64,000 nt of DNA from Nitrosopumilus sp. (GTDB lineage Archaea > Thermoproteota > Nitrososphaeria > Nitrososphaerales > Nitrosopumilaceae). The DNA lies in the NCBI GenBank assembly GCA_965197525.1, contig OZ240211.1:768001-832000 (forward strand), in the 5' to 3' direction. Each line of letters starts with the position of its first letter. Positions within the stretch are counted from its first letter, which is position 1. The position numbers and the translations under genes are program-made. The notes beneath the pieces were generated by a model. The model worked only from the letters and a program-made list of their open reading frames with translations, did no database searches and had not been told where the DNA came from. Shown in pieces: positions 53,678 to 63,435 of this stretch.

Positions 53678-54737
53678 ATAGCCTATGATATTCACTCTCT
53701 GCTAGACTCAAAAATTTTTCGGGAGTATTGCCTGTCTTGAGCATTGATGATATGATACTTCCACCTGCACCAACACCTTCTTTTGCAAACCCCTCAGAGA
53801 AAGCCCGAAGTCCAGAATATTGTGAATTATCTAACCCCGGATTGACAGAGATCACTGGAATATCAGCAATTTTAGGTATAAGGCTCGTAAAGTTTGCATT
53901 AGCGTCATGTGCGATATAAGATGTGGTTCCAATAGCAGTATTGTCCTCGTTAAATCCAATCTTCGATGCAAATGCCAGTACTGCTGCCATCTGCGTTCCG
54001 CCTGCAAGCATAACAGATGACATGTACGATGCAGAGCTTAGCATCCCTGCAACAAAGGCGATCATAGGATCGCCTACTTTGGCAACTATGGAATAGGGAT
54101 GATCAGAGTCAAGTCTGTCTAGTGCGTTACGCGTAATTTGATTCTTTAGTTTAACCGGATTCTCAGGCATGCTAGAACTGACCTGGGCATCATAACCCAA
54201 GGCTTTGAGTACGGCAAGAGCAGTAGTTGTCCCGCCAGGAATACTCTCACCAATGACAAGACAGTCAGTAAGTGAGGCAAGATTTCTTCCAACGATTCTG
54301 CCATATTCTACTGCGTGTGATATTTGAGAGTCGGTCATAGCATCCTGAGTTGCTATATTCTTGCCATATGACAGACCAGTCTCAATGAATGGAAGTTTAG
54401 GGGCAATCTTACTTCCTGCATTAATGGCTAGGTGCGATATGCTAGCAGATTCAAGTGCAGTCTTGGTAAGTAATCCCGGTGTCGGATTACCATCAGGAGT
54501 CATTGGTATCTTGTTGATAGTTTTACAATAGCCGTAATGCAGGTATTCGGCATCAGCAGGGGGAGTGAACTGGATTGTATCAGGAGTTGCGCCTGCAATA
54601 GTAATTCCAGGAATCTCACAGGTTTCAGTGTATGAGAGTACAAAGGAAAAGAGAAACCTTTTTGATTTGACAGCCTCAAGAAAGTTTTGTGCCTGTGTCG
54701 TATTTCCAAATAGCTCAAAGTTGTCCATAGGAATCAC
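53664..54737 (-). CDS. cobT: Archaeal nicotinate-nucleotide--dimethylbenzimidazole phosphoribosyltransferase
   Basis: ETCEIPGITIAG, GESIPGGTTTA, LAGGTQM and KEGVGAGG motifs. Confidence 0.88.
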   Translation of the reverse strand: MIPMDNFELFGNTTQAQNFLEAVKSKRFLFSFVLSYTETCEIPGITIAGATPDTIQFTPPADAEYLHYGYCKTINKIPMTPDGNPTPGLLTKTALESASISHLAINAGSKIAPKLPFIETGLSYGKNIATQDAMTDSQISHAVEYGRIVGRNLASLTDCLVIGESIPGGTTTALAVLKALGYDAQVSSSMPENPVKLKNQITRNALDRLDSDHPYSIVAKVGDPMIAFVAGMLSSASYMSSVMLAGGTQMAAVLAFASKIGFNEDNTAIGTTSYIAHDANANFTSLIPKIADIPVISVNPGLDNSQYSGLRAFSEGFAKEGVGAGGSIISSMLKTGNTPEKFLSLAESEYHRLFTSL

Positions 54738-55351
54738 TATGGACCGCCCATCATATCAATAAACTGTTGTTCAGTGCGTCTTTGCATCACATGATTGGTT
54801 AGTTTTTCTTCTCCAAGTGTAGAAGTCTCAGTACTGCCATAGTTATGTCCAGAATACATTACCAAATCTTCATCTAAAGAGTACAAGACATCAAAGATAC
54901 TATGATAAAGATCTTTTGAGCTGCCGCCAGGTAAATCAACCCGACCACAATTTCCAACAAACAGAGTGTCACCTGAAAAAAATTTTCCATCACCTACAAG
55001 ACATATGCTGTCTTGAGAATGGCCTGGCGTATGTAAAACTTGGAGCTGTGAATTACCAAACTCTATAAAATCCCCATCCTTTACTGCAATATCATGGGAT
55101 AACTCTGAGGATTCATGTTGAACCACGAGAGCTCCTGTAGATTTTACCATAGCTTCATTGCCCAAAGTATGATCAAAATGATGATGTGTGTTTACAATGT
55201 ACTTGATCTCAAGATTGTTTCTTTTTATGATCATCTCCAATTCTATCAGATCCCAAGAAGGATCAATTATTATTGCATTATGGGTATCGTCATCTTCAAC
55301 AATATAACAAAAGTTTTGCATACCTCCAACTTGAATTTGATGTACCAGCAT
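54737..55351 (-). CDS. Metallo-beta-lactamase fold hydrolase (glyoxalase II-like)
   Basis: THHHFDH, HTPGH and GDTLF motifs. Confidence 0.9.
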   Translation of the reverse strand: MLVHQIQVGGMQNFCYIVEDDDTHNAIIIDPSWDLIELEMIIKRNNLEIKYIVNTHHHFDHTLGNEAMVKSTGALVVQHESSELSHDIAVKDGDFIEFGNSQLQVLHTPGHSQDSICLVGDGKFFSGDTLFVGNCGRVDLPGGSSKDLYHSIFDVLYSLDEDLVMYSGHNYGSTETSTLGEEKLTNHVMQRRTEQQFIDMMGGP

Positions 55352-56019
55352 TACAGGATACCTCTTTCAGCTTCTGGAGGAATGCCAATTTTTTCAACAA
55401 ACAGGTCACCGGTCAAATCTGGACGTTTAGGAATGCCTTGCTTCATTTTATGAAAAGTGACAGTCATATCGCATTTGGAGCATATGTTGGCAGTGTTACC
55501 TGTCTGAGGATCCAAACCAGATGGCACATCGACTGCAAATTTGTAGCTGGCTGCCTGATTTATATAATTGATTGCAGATGCAAAGGGCTCTCTAATATCT
55601 CCAGATATGCCAGTTCCCAATATAGAGTCAATAATAATATCAGCTGAGGCGTCCGAGTCAGTGAGTACATCAGGCAAATTAGAATTGCATGAGAGTAATC
55701 GTACAGATGACGGCATCTTTTGTAGAATGGACCAGTTCCAACTACATTCATCGGTCTTTATCTTGTCAGGATTTCCTAAAAGAACGACTGTAACTTTGGC
55801 ATCATAACCTGCAAGATGTCTTGCCATTACCAGTCCGTCACCGCCGTTATTTCCCAGTCCTGCAAAGATTAAGATGTGCTTTTGTGAGACGTCTACTAGT
55901 TTACTCACGAGACGCCTAACAGAAGCAGCACCTGCATTCTCCATCATGAATTTTTTAAAAAATCCCATGTCATGGCCTTTATTCTCAATTTTATACATCT
56001 GATCAACTGTAATCTCCAT
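55351..56019 (-). CDS. nnrE: NAD(P)H-hydrate epimerase
   Basis: GLGNNGGDG and AVDVPSG motifs. Confidence 0.9.
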   Translation of the reverse strand: MEITVDQMYKIENKGHDMGFFKKFMMENAGAASVRRLVSKLVDVSQKHILIFAGLGNNGGDGLVMARHLAGYDAKVTVVLLGNPDKIKTDECSWNWSILQKMPSSVRLLSCNSNLPDVLTDSDASADIIIDSILGTGISGDIREPFASAINYINQAASYKFAVDVPSGLDPQTGNTANICSKCDMTVTFHKMKQGIPKRPDLTGDLFVEKIGIPPEAERGIL

Positions 56020-56183
56020 GTTTGTGATGAAATTAACCCAAAATATAAAATTTGAAGTGAAAATACCACGAATTGCGCCTTTTTTGGCATCAATAGACTG
56101 AACTTATTTAAAGCAATGATAATAGATGGGTTTGATACGAACAACGAAGATAGGAAATAAACGATCAGTCGATATTTTGTAAA

Positions 56184-56620
56184 TTATATCTCGAGGATTT
56201 TATGAATTTGTTTTTTAGATGTATGTTCATCATAATGACTCTCACCGTTCGTACAAATAATGTAACTAAGATTGGTGTTATCAGCACGGCTATCAACATT
56301 AGAGCAACGAGATGACTGGCATATCGTCTTATCTGCGACATGCCAAGGCTTTGTCCAGACAGCTCTTCTAGTTTGTCGTGCAGTTCTACAGAGTGTAAAT
56401 GCGCGTCCCTCGCACCAATGCCTTGCCTTGTCTAGAATTTTTCTGTCTATTTTTGGTGGACGTCCTGACCATGGCTTGTCTGATAAGGCCTGTCGTATTC
56501 CATGGAGTGATTTTGTAGCACATGCAAACCTGCAATCACATGGCAACAGTACGACTATAACAATAAGATATTTCGGCAGTATTGACAAATGTTTTGATTA
56601 CCATAAATGCTAACAGCATG
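56184..56620 (-). pseudogene. IS630-like transposase N-terminal (HTH) remnant
   Basis: LSDKPWSGRPPKID motif in a frameshifted context. Confidence 0.55.
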
Positions 56621-57065
56621 GACAACCTACGTGATATACGGCCTACATGTTCTACTTTTTGCACTTGTTTTAGCATTTTACGTTCGTGCATATGTATACT
56701 TGGAGAAACGCATTTTTGACTTTTCCTATTGAGCTAGTAACCGTACAGTTAAATTTACATTCGTGTGTAATGCTGAGCTATACCCAGAAAGTAAAGTTCG
56801 AGAACACCTATTCTGGCAGGCTAGTGGAAAAATTCTGCGTTTTGATCACGGACTTTTCTTTCACGGTATAGTTCCGGTTTACACATTTGTGTGAAAAAAA
56901 TACGTCAAGGCATACAGATGTCATTCGGAATACAGGAGACGATGATTTACACATGATGTGATATACAAGGGACTACGATGACCAAAAATTAGCTGTACAG
57001 AAACTTATGCACGTTGCTATATGTCCTTGGTTATGTCATTGTTTTTACTCTTAGGTGATAGCATC

Positions 57066-57352
57066 ACCACTCGAATTTAACAGTCTCAAAAACACGTAAT
57101 AATTACCACCTGAATTTAACAATTTTACACCAAACACTGCGTTACCACTCAAATTTAACAGTCTCTTAAAAACCTCCTAAATATTGAACAGTGTAAAGAA
57201 ATTCAAAAACATGTAATAATTATATCCCTATCTTAACAGTCTCGAAAACATGTAATAATTATATCCCTATCTTAACAGTCTTGAGACAAATACGACTTTA
57301 TCTCCCGAATTTAACACCCTAGTGAAACCTCCCTAAGATTGAACAGTGTAGT
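57066..57352. repeat. 39-bp periodic array with TTAACAGTCT core and divergent interspaces
   Basis: The C of TTAAC falls at 57081, 57120, 57159, 57237, 57276 and 57315; TGAACAGTG variants at 57189 and 57344. Confidence 0.75.
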
Positions 57353-57419
57353 TTATTTTGTAATAATTTACAAAATTGTTACTCATTCTATATTGATATA
57401 GTTTCTGGTAAAAACACGG

Positions 57420-58185
57420 TCACTTCATCGCTTTTGAGACGATTTTAAGTACATTTTCAGATACAGTGGTAAAAGATGAGGGTTTTTGGGGCAAAAGAGG
57501 TTGGTAAGTCCTGCACCCAAAATTCCTCCCTCTTAGAAACACTCTCTTTGAACTTACCCATATTGAATTCATCTCCATAAACTGATTTGATTTTGGTTCT
57601 AACCATACCTGGATTTAGCACTACTCCTTGGCCATCCAGGAATGAAAGGTCATGTAAATGCCTAGGATGTTTAGTATACAAAATGGCCCTAATTTTCTCA
57701 GCCATAATCTCTTCCAGAGACATAGTTGGAATCTCAAATGGATTTGTAAAAATATCATAGAAATGTAAAACAGGTTTTGTAGAAGTTTCTGTGAGAACAT
57801 CTTTTCGGAAGCTTAAATCAACTCTCACACTTGTTGTTCTGTCATTAAATTGAGTATATTTTATTTTGAATTTGAAACTTTTATTTTTTCTTTCTTCATC
57901 AGCAATTTCTGTAAATTGTACATCAAGTTCTGTCATGTTATTGTTGATAAAATCTCGAAATTCTTCTGAAATATCTTCTAAACAAGTAAAATCAAGATCC
58001 TCAGAAAATCTAAAGTTTTCAAAATGTATTTTTTTAAGTGCAGTACCTCCTTTGAATACTAACGAATCAAGTTTTGGAAAATTTGTAATTATTGAAAGAA
58101 GACTAGTTAATGCATAATCTTTTTCTAATGTACCCAATGGTATGTGATGTCTATTTGCCAAACTTCGTAATTGGTTTTCCTCCAT
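57420..58185 (-). CDS. AbiEii-family nucleotidyltransferase (type IV TA toxin) with a +1 frameshift near the C-terminus
   Basis: LEKDY, VFKGGTALKK, RFSEDLDF, AEKIRA and RHLHDL motifs. The annotated frame stops at 57457; the alternative frame reads LLPQKPSSFTTVSENVLKIVSKAMK to 57420. Confidence 0.85.
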
Positions 58186-59009
58186 TAGTAATCCATCCAC
58201 CCTAATAGTTCTTCTTTAGTCCTATTAATTATCAATCCATAATCATTAGATGACTGAATTTTCTTTTTTACAGTGTTTGGGTCTAAATATTGATATGGAT
58301 ATAGTTTTATTTTTTTAATAGTTGATTTTGAAATATTATTTTCAATTTGTAAAATATCTAACAAATATCCTAATCTTTTCAATACAACATTAACTTCAAC
58401 TTGTTGTGCCATTTCTAGAACTTGATTCCAATCTATTTCTTTGCGTACATTCCACATTGCTTTTGTTACTTCAGGAATTCCTCCACAATATTCAGGATGC
58501 ATTAAACCATCCACTATTGTTTTTTCTTTACTTGAAATGTTAAATTTTGTTTTACCTGATTTCTCTTCTATAAATCCAAAAAATTTTTTCTTGGATAATG
58601 TTACAAACTCATATCGTTGATCTCCAAACTCTAACACTTTATTCTTTTTTCTTTTTGGTGTTGCAACAAAAACAGTATAGAGAATTTGTTCAGTCATTTC
58701 CCAAAAATCCATTGCAGTCCAAAATCCAACATAATATTCATCTATTAGATGAGGGACTACTACCCATGCTTCTTCGGCCCAATATCCCCCTACTCCTGCA
58801 CGTGACGGAATGAGAAGATATTTTCCTCTCTCAATCTGCCTAATACGTCCTTTTTGCTTTAATCCACTTACTACAAGTTTTGTTGCTATGGCTCCCGATC
58901 CTAGTATTTTTCTGGCATCATCAATAGTGAAAACACTGAAATTCTTCTCTTCCAGTGTGAAAAGGAGTTTTGTCTCCTGAGGACCAAGTTTTATATTTTG
59001 TGTAACCAT
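58185..59009 (-). CDS. AbiEi-family antitoxin (type IV TA, winged HTH)
   Basis: IRQIERGKYL, YYVGFWTAM, EKTIVDGL and KRLGYLLD motifs; directly upstream of the toxin. Confidence 0.88.
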   Translation of the reverse strand: MVTQNIKLGPQETKLLFTLEEKNFSVFTIDDARKILGSGAIATKLVVSGLKQKGRIRQIERGKYLLIPSRAGVGGYWAEEAWVVVPHLIDEYYVGFWTAMDFWEMTEQILYTVFVATPKRKKNKVLEFGDQRYEFVTLSKKKFFGFIEEKSGKTKFNISSKEKTIVDGLMHPEYCGGIPEVTKAMWNVRKEIDWNQVLEMAQQVEVNVVLKRLGYLLDILQIENNISKSTIKKIKLYPYQYLDPNTVKKKIQSSNDYGLIINRTKEELLGWMDY

Positions 59010-59037
59010 AGTATCTCTTAAAGATATTATGGTAACA
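59001..59037. promoter_or_regulatory. Palindromic operator 1 (16-5-16) overlapping the antitoxin start
   Basis: TGTAACCATAGTATCT-CTTAA-AGATATTATGGTAACA (arms match 14/16). Confidence 0.7.
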
Positions 59038-59193
59038 TAAAGTATATATAATTTATGTAACTATAACTCTGTTTTCCAATTTCGATAAACGTATCTGAGT
59101 TGCCACAAAGAGCACGATTCTCGTGTGACTTGACGCTGTTTACGAACTAAATTAATCGTAAAAGTGCGAAATGTACGAGTTGGGAAACAAAAT

Positions 59194-59230
59194 TGTAACT
59201 ATAGTATCTTTATAAGATACCTTAGTGACA
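59194..59230. promoter_or_regulatory. Palindromic operator 2 (16-5-16)
   Basis: TGTAACTATAGTATCT-TTATA-AGATACCTTAGTGACA (arms match 13/16); left arm 15/16 identical to operator 1. Confidence 0.65.
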
Positions 59231-59459
59231 TGAAACATCTCTTGTACAAAAAATAGTTCCTGCCCCCACATAGGGTGTCGTCGTCTGGAGTAAATCCAAG
59301 ACCAAAACTCAAACCAGAGCCCATAGGGCGGAGGAGGAGAAACACCAGCTACTGCAACAACTGCTACTGCGTCTGCTGCTTCAACTGCAACAACAATTCC
59401 AATCATCACTATGATGAGCACATCTAAATTGAATTAATTTCTAGACTCCGCCAAAAAGG

Positions 59460-59678
59460 TCATAATAAGAAAAAATGAACATTGTATGAGATCATAAGTT
59501 CTGCAACCTTCATTGCGCATCTTTTGTTTCCGTCGCTGAGCACATGACTTTTGGTCAATACTTCCATTATCGTGGCAGCTTTTTGATACAGTTCGGGATA
59601 CAGCTCGTGACCGTAGAGTGACGTCAAAAAGTCTTTGCAATTTTCAAAAACACTAGAAACACTTATAGCTTGAAACAT
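59460..59678 (-). pseudogene. Fic/Doc (death-on-curing) toxin fragment
   Basis: YGHELYPELYQKAA...SHVLSDGNKR (HxFxDGNKR-like); N-terminus lost. Confidence 0.75.
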
Positions 59679-60333
59679 TTATCGCCCATCGTGGAAAACC
59701 AGAATGTGGAATTAATATATGTATATAAGAGGGAATTAAACTCAAAGGCAAAAGAACGAATGCTTGCAGTGTTAAATGTCGTAGAGGAACCTGCTTTAAT
59801 CATGTAGCCAATAAATATGGAGAATTTCCAGCCATAGAATTTGGAATACTTGATTATTACACTTATTTGCCAGGTACCAACGATTCTAATAATCAATGTT
59901 CTGTATTTTGCGATATTTACGGATATGAACCACAATGGGCCAAATCAATGGATGTTTATCAAGCAGCTGGAGTATGTATGTCAATCTTTAATAATTCTGA
60001 ACAGGCAAGTGATGATGATCTAGGATGGTGTTATGAACTTACAAGATATCTAATTGAGTAATATTAATCAAAAATCCAGGTTGTAATTTGTAAAACGTTT
60101 TACGGGGTAAAACATCAACCAAAAGCATTTTTTTTTTTTTGTTGTTGATAGATTTAGGGATTCAGCTAAATCATTAGTATAATGATGATTAATATACTAG
60201 GAATTATATCATATATTACGTGTAAACGTGTTTGGTGTTGTCATACTATACACTAAACGTGTTCGTGGATAAGACAAAAATCCTTGGAATGGCATCCACA
60301 ACGCATTTTTACTTTACACATAATCTAATTCTT

Positions 60334-60420
60334 GCCAAGTTAAATTAGTCTGATCGAAATTGGATGTCTTAAGAACATCTGCCATTCCAAGACATGTGGG
60401 TTCAAATCCCACACTTGGCG
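60334..60420 (+). tRNA. tRNA-Leu(TAA), atypical
   Basis: Acceptor GCCAAGT/ACTTGGC, anticodon arm GATGT-CTTAAGA-ACATC, T-arm GTGGG-TTCAAAT-CCCAC and long variable region. The D-arm is all A-T and lacks the GG motif. Confidence 0.75.
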
Positions 60421-60506
60421 CTTCTATTAGTCAAAATGTGGTATGTATAACCATACATGAATCTGAATTTTAATTTTTCATGCATTCTGCTTCATGTTTT
60501 TGATAT

Positions 60507-60613
60507 ATTCCACAGACAACAAGCATTATGCATATTGATAGTTGACATCTCAGGTCTGATTAAATATATGAGGTATTATTCCACAGATAACAAGCATTAT
60601 GCATATTGACAGT
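60507..60613 (+). repeat. Two 36-bp direct repeats separated by a 35-bp spacer
   Basis: ATTCCACAGAYAACAAGCATTATGCATATTGAYAGT at 60507-60542 and 60578-60613 (2 mismatches). Confidence 0.75.
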
Positions 60614-60793
60614 CCTAAAATGCCATGTATCGAAACTTATGCACGTTGCTATAGGGGTACATTTTCAACTTCTGATATAGAAATGATTTGGTACATATCA
60701 CAGTTAAGAAGATGTAGTTGTAGGAAAATGGATTATTTGCCTAAGATATTAGAAAAGTGCAAGAACGCTGTTGGCCAGCCCACGGTTATTATT

Positions 60794-61156
60794 TCAGAAT
60801 ATGCCAAACTTACTTGATTCCATCTCCTCTTTGATTGCAAGTTTGAATCGAGGAGATTTGGCGTTTACTTTGCTTGTCAGCCACGTCAGAAATTTCTTCT
60901 CCATACTCTTCCCTTTTAACACGACAAAATCAGGACCCATAACTTCCATTAGTTTCTCTACTAGCGACCTATTCACACTGAGTACAAAAAAATGCCATCC
61001 AAAAGCAAATTCAGAGTCAGTCATAACAAAATCTTCTTCGCTGTGAACCATCTCCTCTAAGAGAGATAACTGGTGAGTCAATGCCTTGCTAGTCTTGTCA
61101 TAATCTACTGCAGAGACATTGATGTTGATTCTGCCACTACTACCACCACTATTCAT
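60794..61156 (-). CDS. Hypothetical protein
   Basis: 120-aa ORF co-oriented with its neighbours. Confidence 0.7.
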   Translation of the reverse strand: MNSGGSSGRININVSAVDYDKTSKALTHQLSLLEEMVHSEEDFVMTDSEFAFGWHFFVLSVNRSLVEKLMEVMGPDFVVLKGKSMEKKFLTWLTSKVNAKSPRFKLAIKEEMESSKFGIF

Positions 61157-61195
61157 ACTTGTAATACATTAAAACAAGATAAAAGGATTACACCC

Positions 61196-61966
61196 TCAGT
61201 CAAGCAAGTGCCCAAAGTCAATATCAAAATGCATCTTCATGATACTAATGTATGTTGTAATGGATTCTGGAACCTCATCTTCGCATGATACGCCTAATTT
61301 TTTGGCGTTAATCCAAATTATCAACGTCTGTATAATTGTTAAAAATCGATCGTTCTCAACTTGAGGACTGCCTAGTGATTTTGTGTATCTTTCTGCAAAC
61401 TCCCATGCTGTAACAAAATCTATACACTTTACGCCAAAAACGGATAACAATTGTTCTTGCATACTAGAGGCTTTTTTAAATGGAGTTGTATTGATGACAT
61501 ATGGAAAATCCACCTGTTCTGGAAGACAGTCAGGGAGCGGCCCCCAAATAGTGATTATCTTTGTTCCAGGTCTCAAATCTTCAAATTTTTTTAACATTTG
61601 TTCAATGACATGCTCATCAGTAAACCAGAATAAGACTACAGTGGCATCTGAAATGTTAGAGTCTATAACATTTTGGCAGATTAATTCTGCCCCTTGGACA
61701 TTTTTCTCTTGTAGTGTCTTTTTTGCATCTTTGATTTTTTCGGAGTTATTATCAATTCCCACAGCTCGTCTTACATGAAACTTGCTTACTGCTAGATCAA
61801 TACTTGTTGCATCGCCGCAGCCAAGATGATAGAAAACGTCATCACATGTTAACTTTGCAAATTTAAAGATAGTCTCAAGAGATCTCTCAGACAGCGCAAT
61901 ATCCTCTCCACTAAGTAAATTAGTTGGAAGCGTGTCTAAATATTCTTCAATCCTCATAAATACCAA
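61196..61966 (-). CDS. Class I SAM-dependent methyltransferase
   Basis: VFYHLGCGD motif I variant; AVGID; ATVVLFW. Confidence 0.8.
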   Translation of the reverse strand: MVFMRIEEYLDTLPTNLLSGEDIALSERSLETIFKFAKLTCDDVFYHLGCGDATSIDLAVSKFHVRRAVGIDNNSEKIKDAKKTLQEKNVQGAELICQNVIDSNISDATVVLFWFTDEHVIEQMLKKFEDLRPGTKIITIWGPLPDCLPEQVDFPYVINTTPFKKASSMQEQLLSVFGVKCIDFVTAWEFAERYTKSLGSPQVENDRFLTIIQTLIIWINAKKLGVSCEDEVPESITTYISIMKMHFDIDFGHLLD

Positions 61967-61982
61967 GAAAACAAAGAGGGAT

Positions 61983-62252
61983 TTATTCTCTTATACTCTC
62001 TAATTTTGAAACTGCTTGCCATAGTTGGGTTCTAACATAAGAAGGCATGTTCGGATCTTGGGTAAAATCATCAAACAAGCTTATTGTATTTGCGACCCTA
62101 ACTGATAATGAAAACTCTTCACTCTTTAGATCGGTTATCATATCAAGAACCGCTTTTTTTATAGTCTTGGGAGTAGAACTGCTTGTAGCAATTTGATTAA
62201 GTGTCTCTATTGCTTCCTTCATGGATTCTTTATTTTCTATATCACTTGGCAT
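61983..62252 (-). CDS. UPF0147-family protein
   Basis: TPKTIKK...DPNMPSYVRTQLWQAVSKLES. Confidence 0.85.
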   Translation of the reverse strand: MPSDIENKESMKEAIETLNQIATSSSTPKTIKKAVLDMITDLKSEEFSLSVRVANTISLFDDFTQDPNMPSYVRTQLWQAVSKLESIRE

Positions 62253-62287
62253 TTTTCCACCTTTTCTTAAAAATTAGAGGTATATAG

Positions 62288-62596
62288 TTACATCTCTACA
62301 TAGACGTTATCAGATTCGACTACAATGTTATACGACGTTAAATCTCTAATTTTGGCAGGGAATTTTGATAGTTTTCCAGTTTTACAGTCAAACTCTGCCC
62401 CATGCCATCCACAAGTGATAGTGCATCCGTCTAGTTTACCTTCAGACAAGCTGGCGCCTGCATGAGTACATGAATCGTCTGTCGCACAATACGTATTATC
62501 AATATTTGCAACTAAAATATCACGCCCGTCAACTGACACCTTGATCATACTACCAGGTGACACATCTGCTGTTTTACAAACCATAATCTTACCCAT
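62288..62596 (-). CDS. Rieske [2Fe-2S] ferredoxin
   Basis: CTH...CGWH motifs. Confidence 0.92.
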   Translation of the reverse strand: MGKIMVCKTADVSPGSMIKVSVDGRDILVANIDNTYCATDDSCTHAGASLSEGKLDGCTITCGWHGAEFDCKTGKLSKFPAKIRDLTSYNIVVESDNVYVEM

Positions 62597-63132
62597 GTGA
62601 AATCATACCTAAATATAGTTAATATTTTTTTCCATAGCCATTTTAGAAAACCCAGATACAAGATCAGATAGTTACAAGTCATGTGATTTTAACACATGCT
62701 AGTTACGATTGTTGTTACAACATATAACAGATGTAAACTAACAAAATTCATCAATGTACAAAATAAGAATTAAAAGTAGAAAGATATCCATAATGCGATC
62801 TGCATAGAACAAAATTATGAAATAAATAAAGCAAGACAGACTAGACGCGCTGTTTAATATTTACAATATTAAATATTCGAACATATAGAATTTGATCTTG
62901 ATCTAATATCAAATGCGACAAAAGATAGTCAAAATGTATTGATATATAGACACTCATTATGCAATACAAAGAATAAAAATAAAATGTAAATTTATGCATA
63001 ATTAAAATAGAATTAAATCAAGAAGAAATAATAAGTCAAAAAACATCCACATATATAAAAACGATTGGTCTACAAAAGAAATTGCAGAGTAGTGTATTAA
63101 TTAAATGATGGGCATGAGATATATGCTAGCGG

Positions 63133-63335
63133 TTAAAAGTTCTTGAGGTTGAACGATTTTCTACTGATGTAGTTCATTACATTAATTCTGGGACGTACCA
63201 TCCTGAAATATTCTGATACGGCATCGAGCATCTGTTCTACAGTTGCATAATACTCTGACACCAGCATATCACACTTTGACTGCTGCCGGTATTCTTTGAT
63301 CGCGCCGAGCTCCGGTGTTGTAATAGGAAGATGTA
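63133..63335 (-). pseudogene. IS630-family transposase C-terminal remnant
   Basis: Manual translation LPITTPELGAIKEYRQQSKCDMLVSEYYATVEQMLDAVSEYFR resembles the LPxxSPELNxIExxW DDE_3 tail. Confidence 0.65.
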
Positions 63336-63435
63336 ATAATTTTAAAAGCGATATCTGATAAATTAGGAAGGACAGAGGATTCCATAAAATCTATTTAGAA
63401 TCTACAGACTAAATACTGAGATTCATAAATAAGCG

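Noticed and set aside
57066-57352. 39-bp array as a CRISPR array
   Set aside because: The conserved core is only about 10-12 bp, the period is too short, the interspaces are partly homologous and there are no cas genes.
59152-59421. 89-aa ORF with a signal-peptide-like start
   Set aside because: Low-complexity N-terminus with an implausible continuation that overlaps operator 2; at most a decayed surface-protein fragment.
59735-60061. About 110-codon open plus-strand frame (ends WCYELTRYLIE)
   Set aside because: No convincing start or recognisable motif; cannot be supported without a search.
60508-60592. TTCCACAGAYAAC as mini-ORB origin boxes
   Set aside because: The spacing differs from the TCCA-N3-GAAAC consensus and no cdc6/orc1 gene is nearby.
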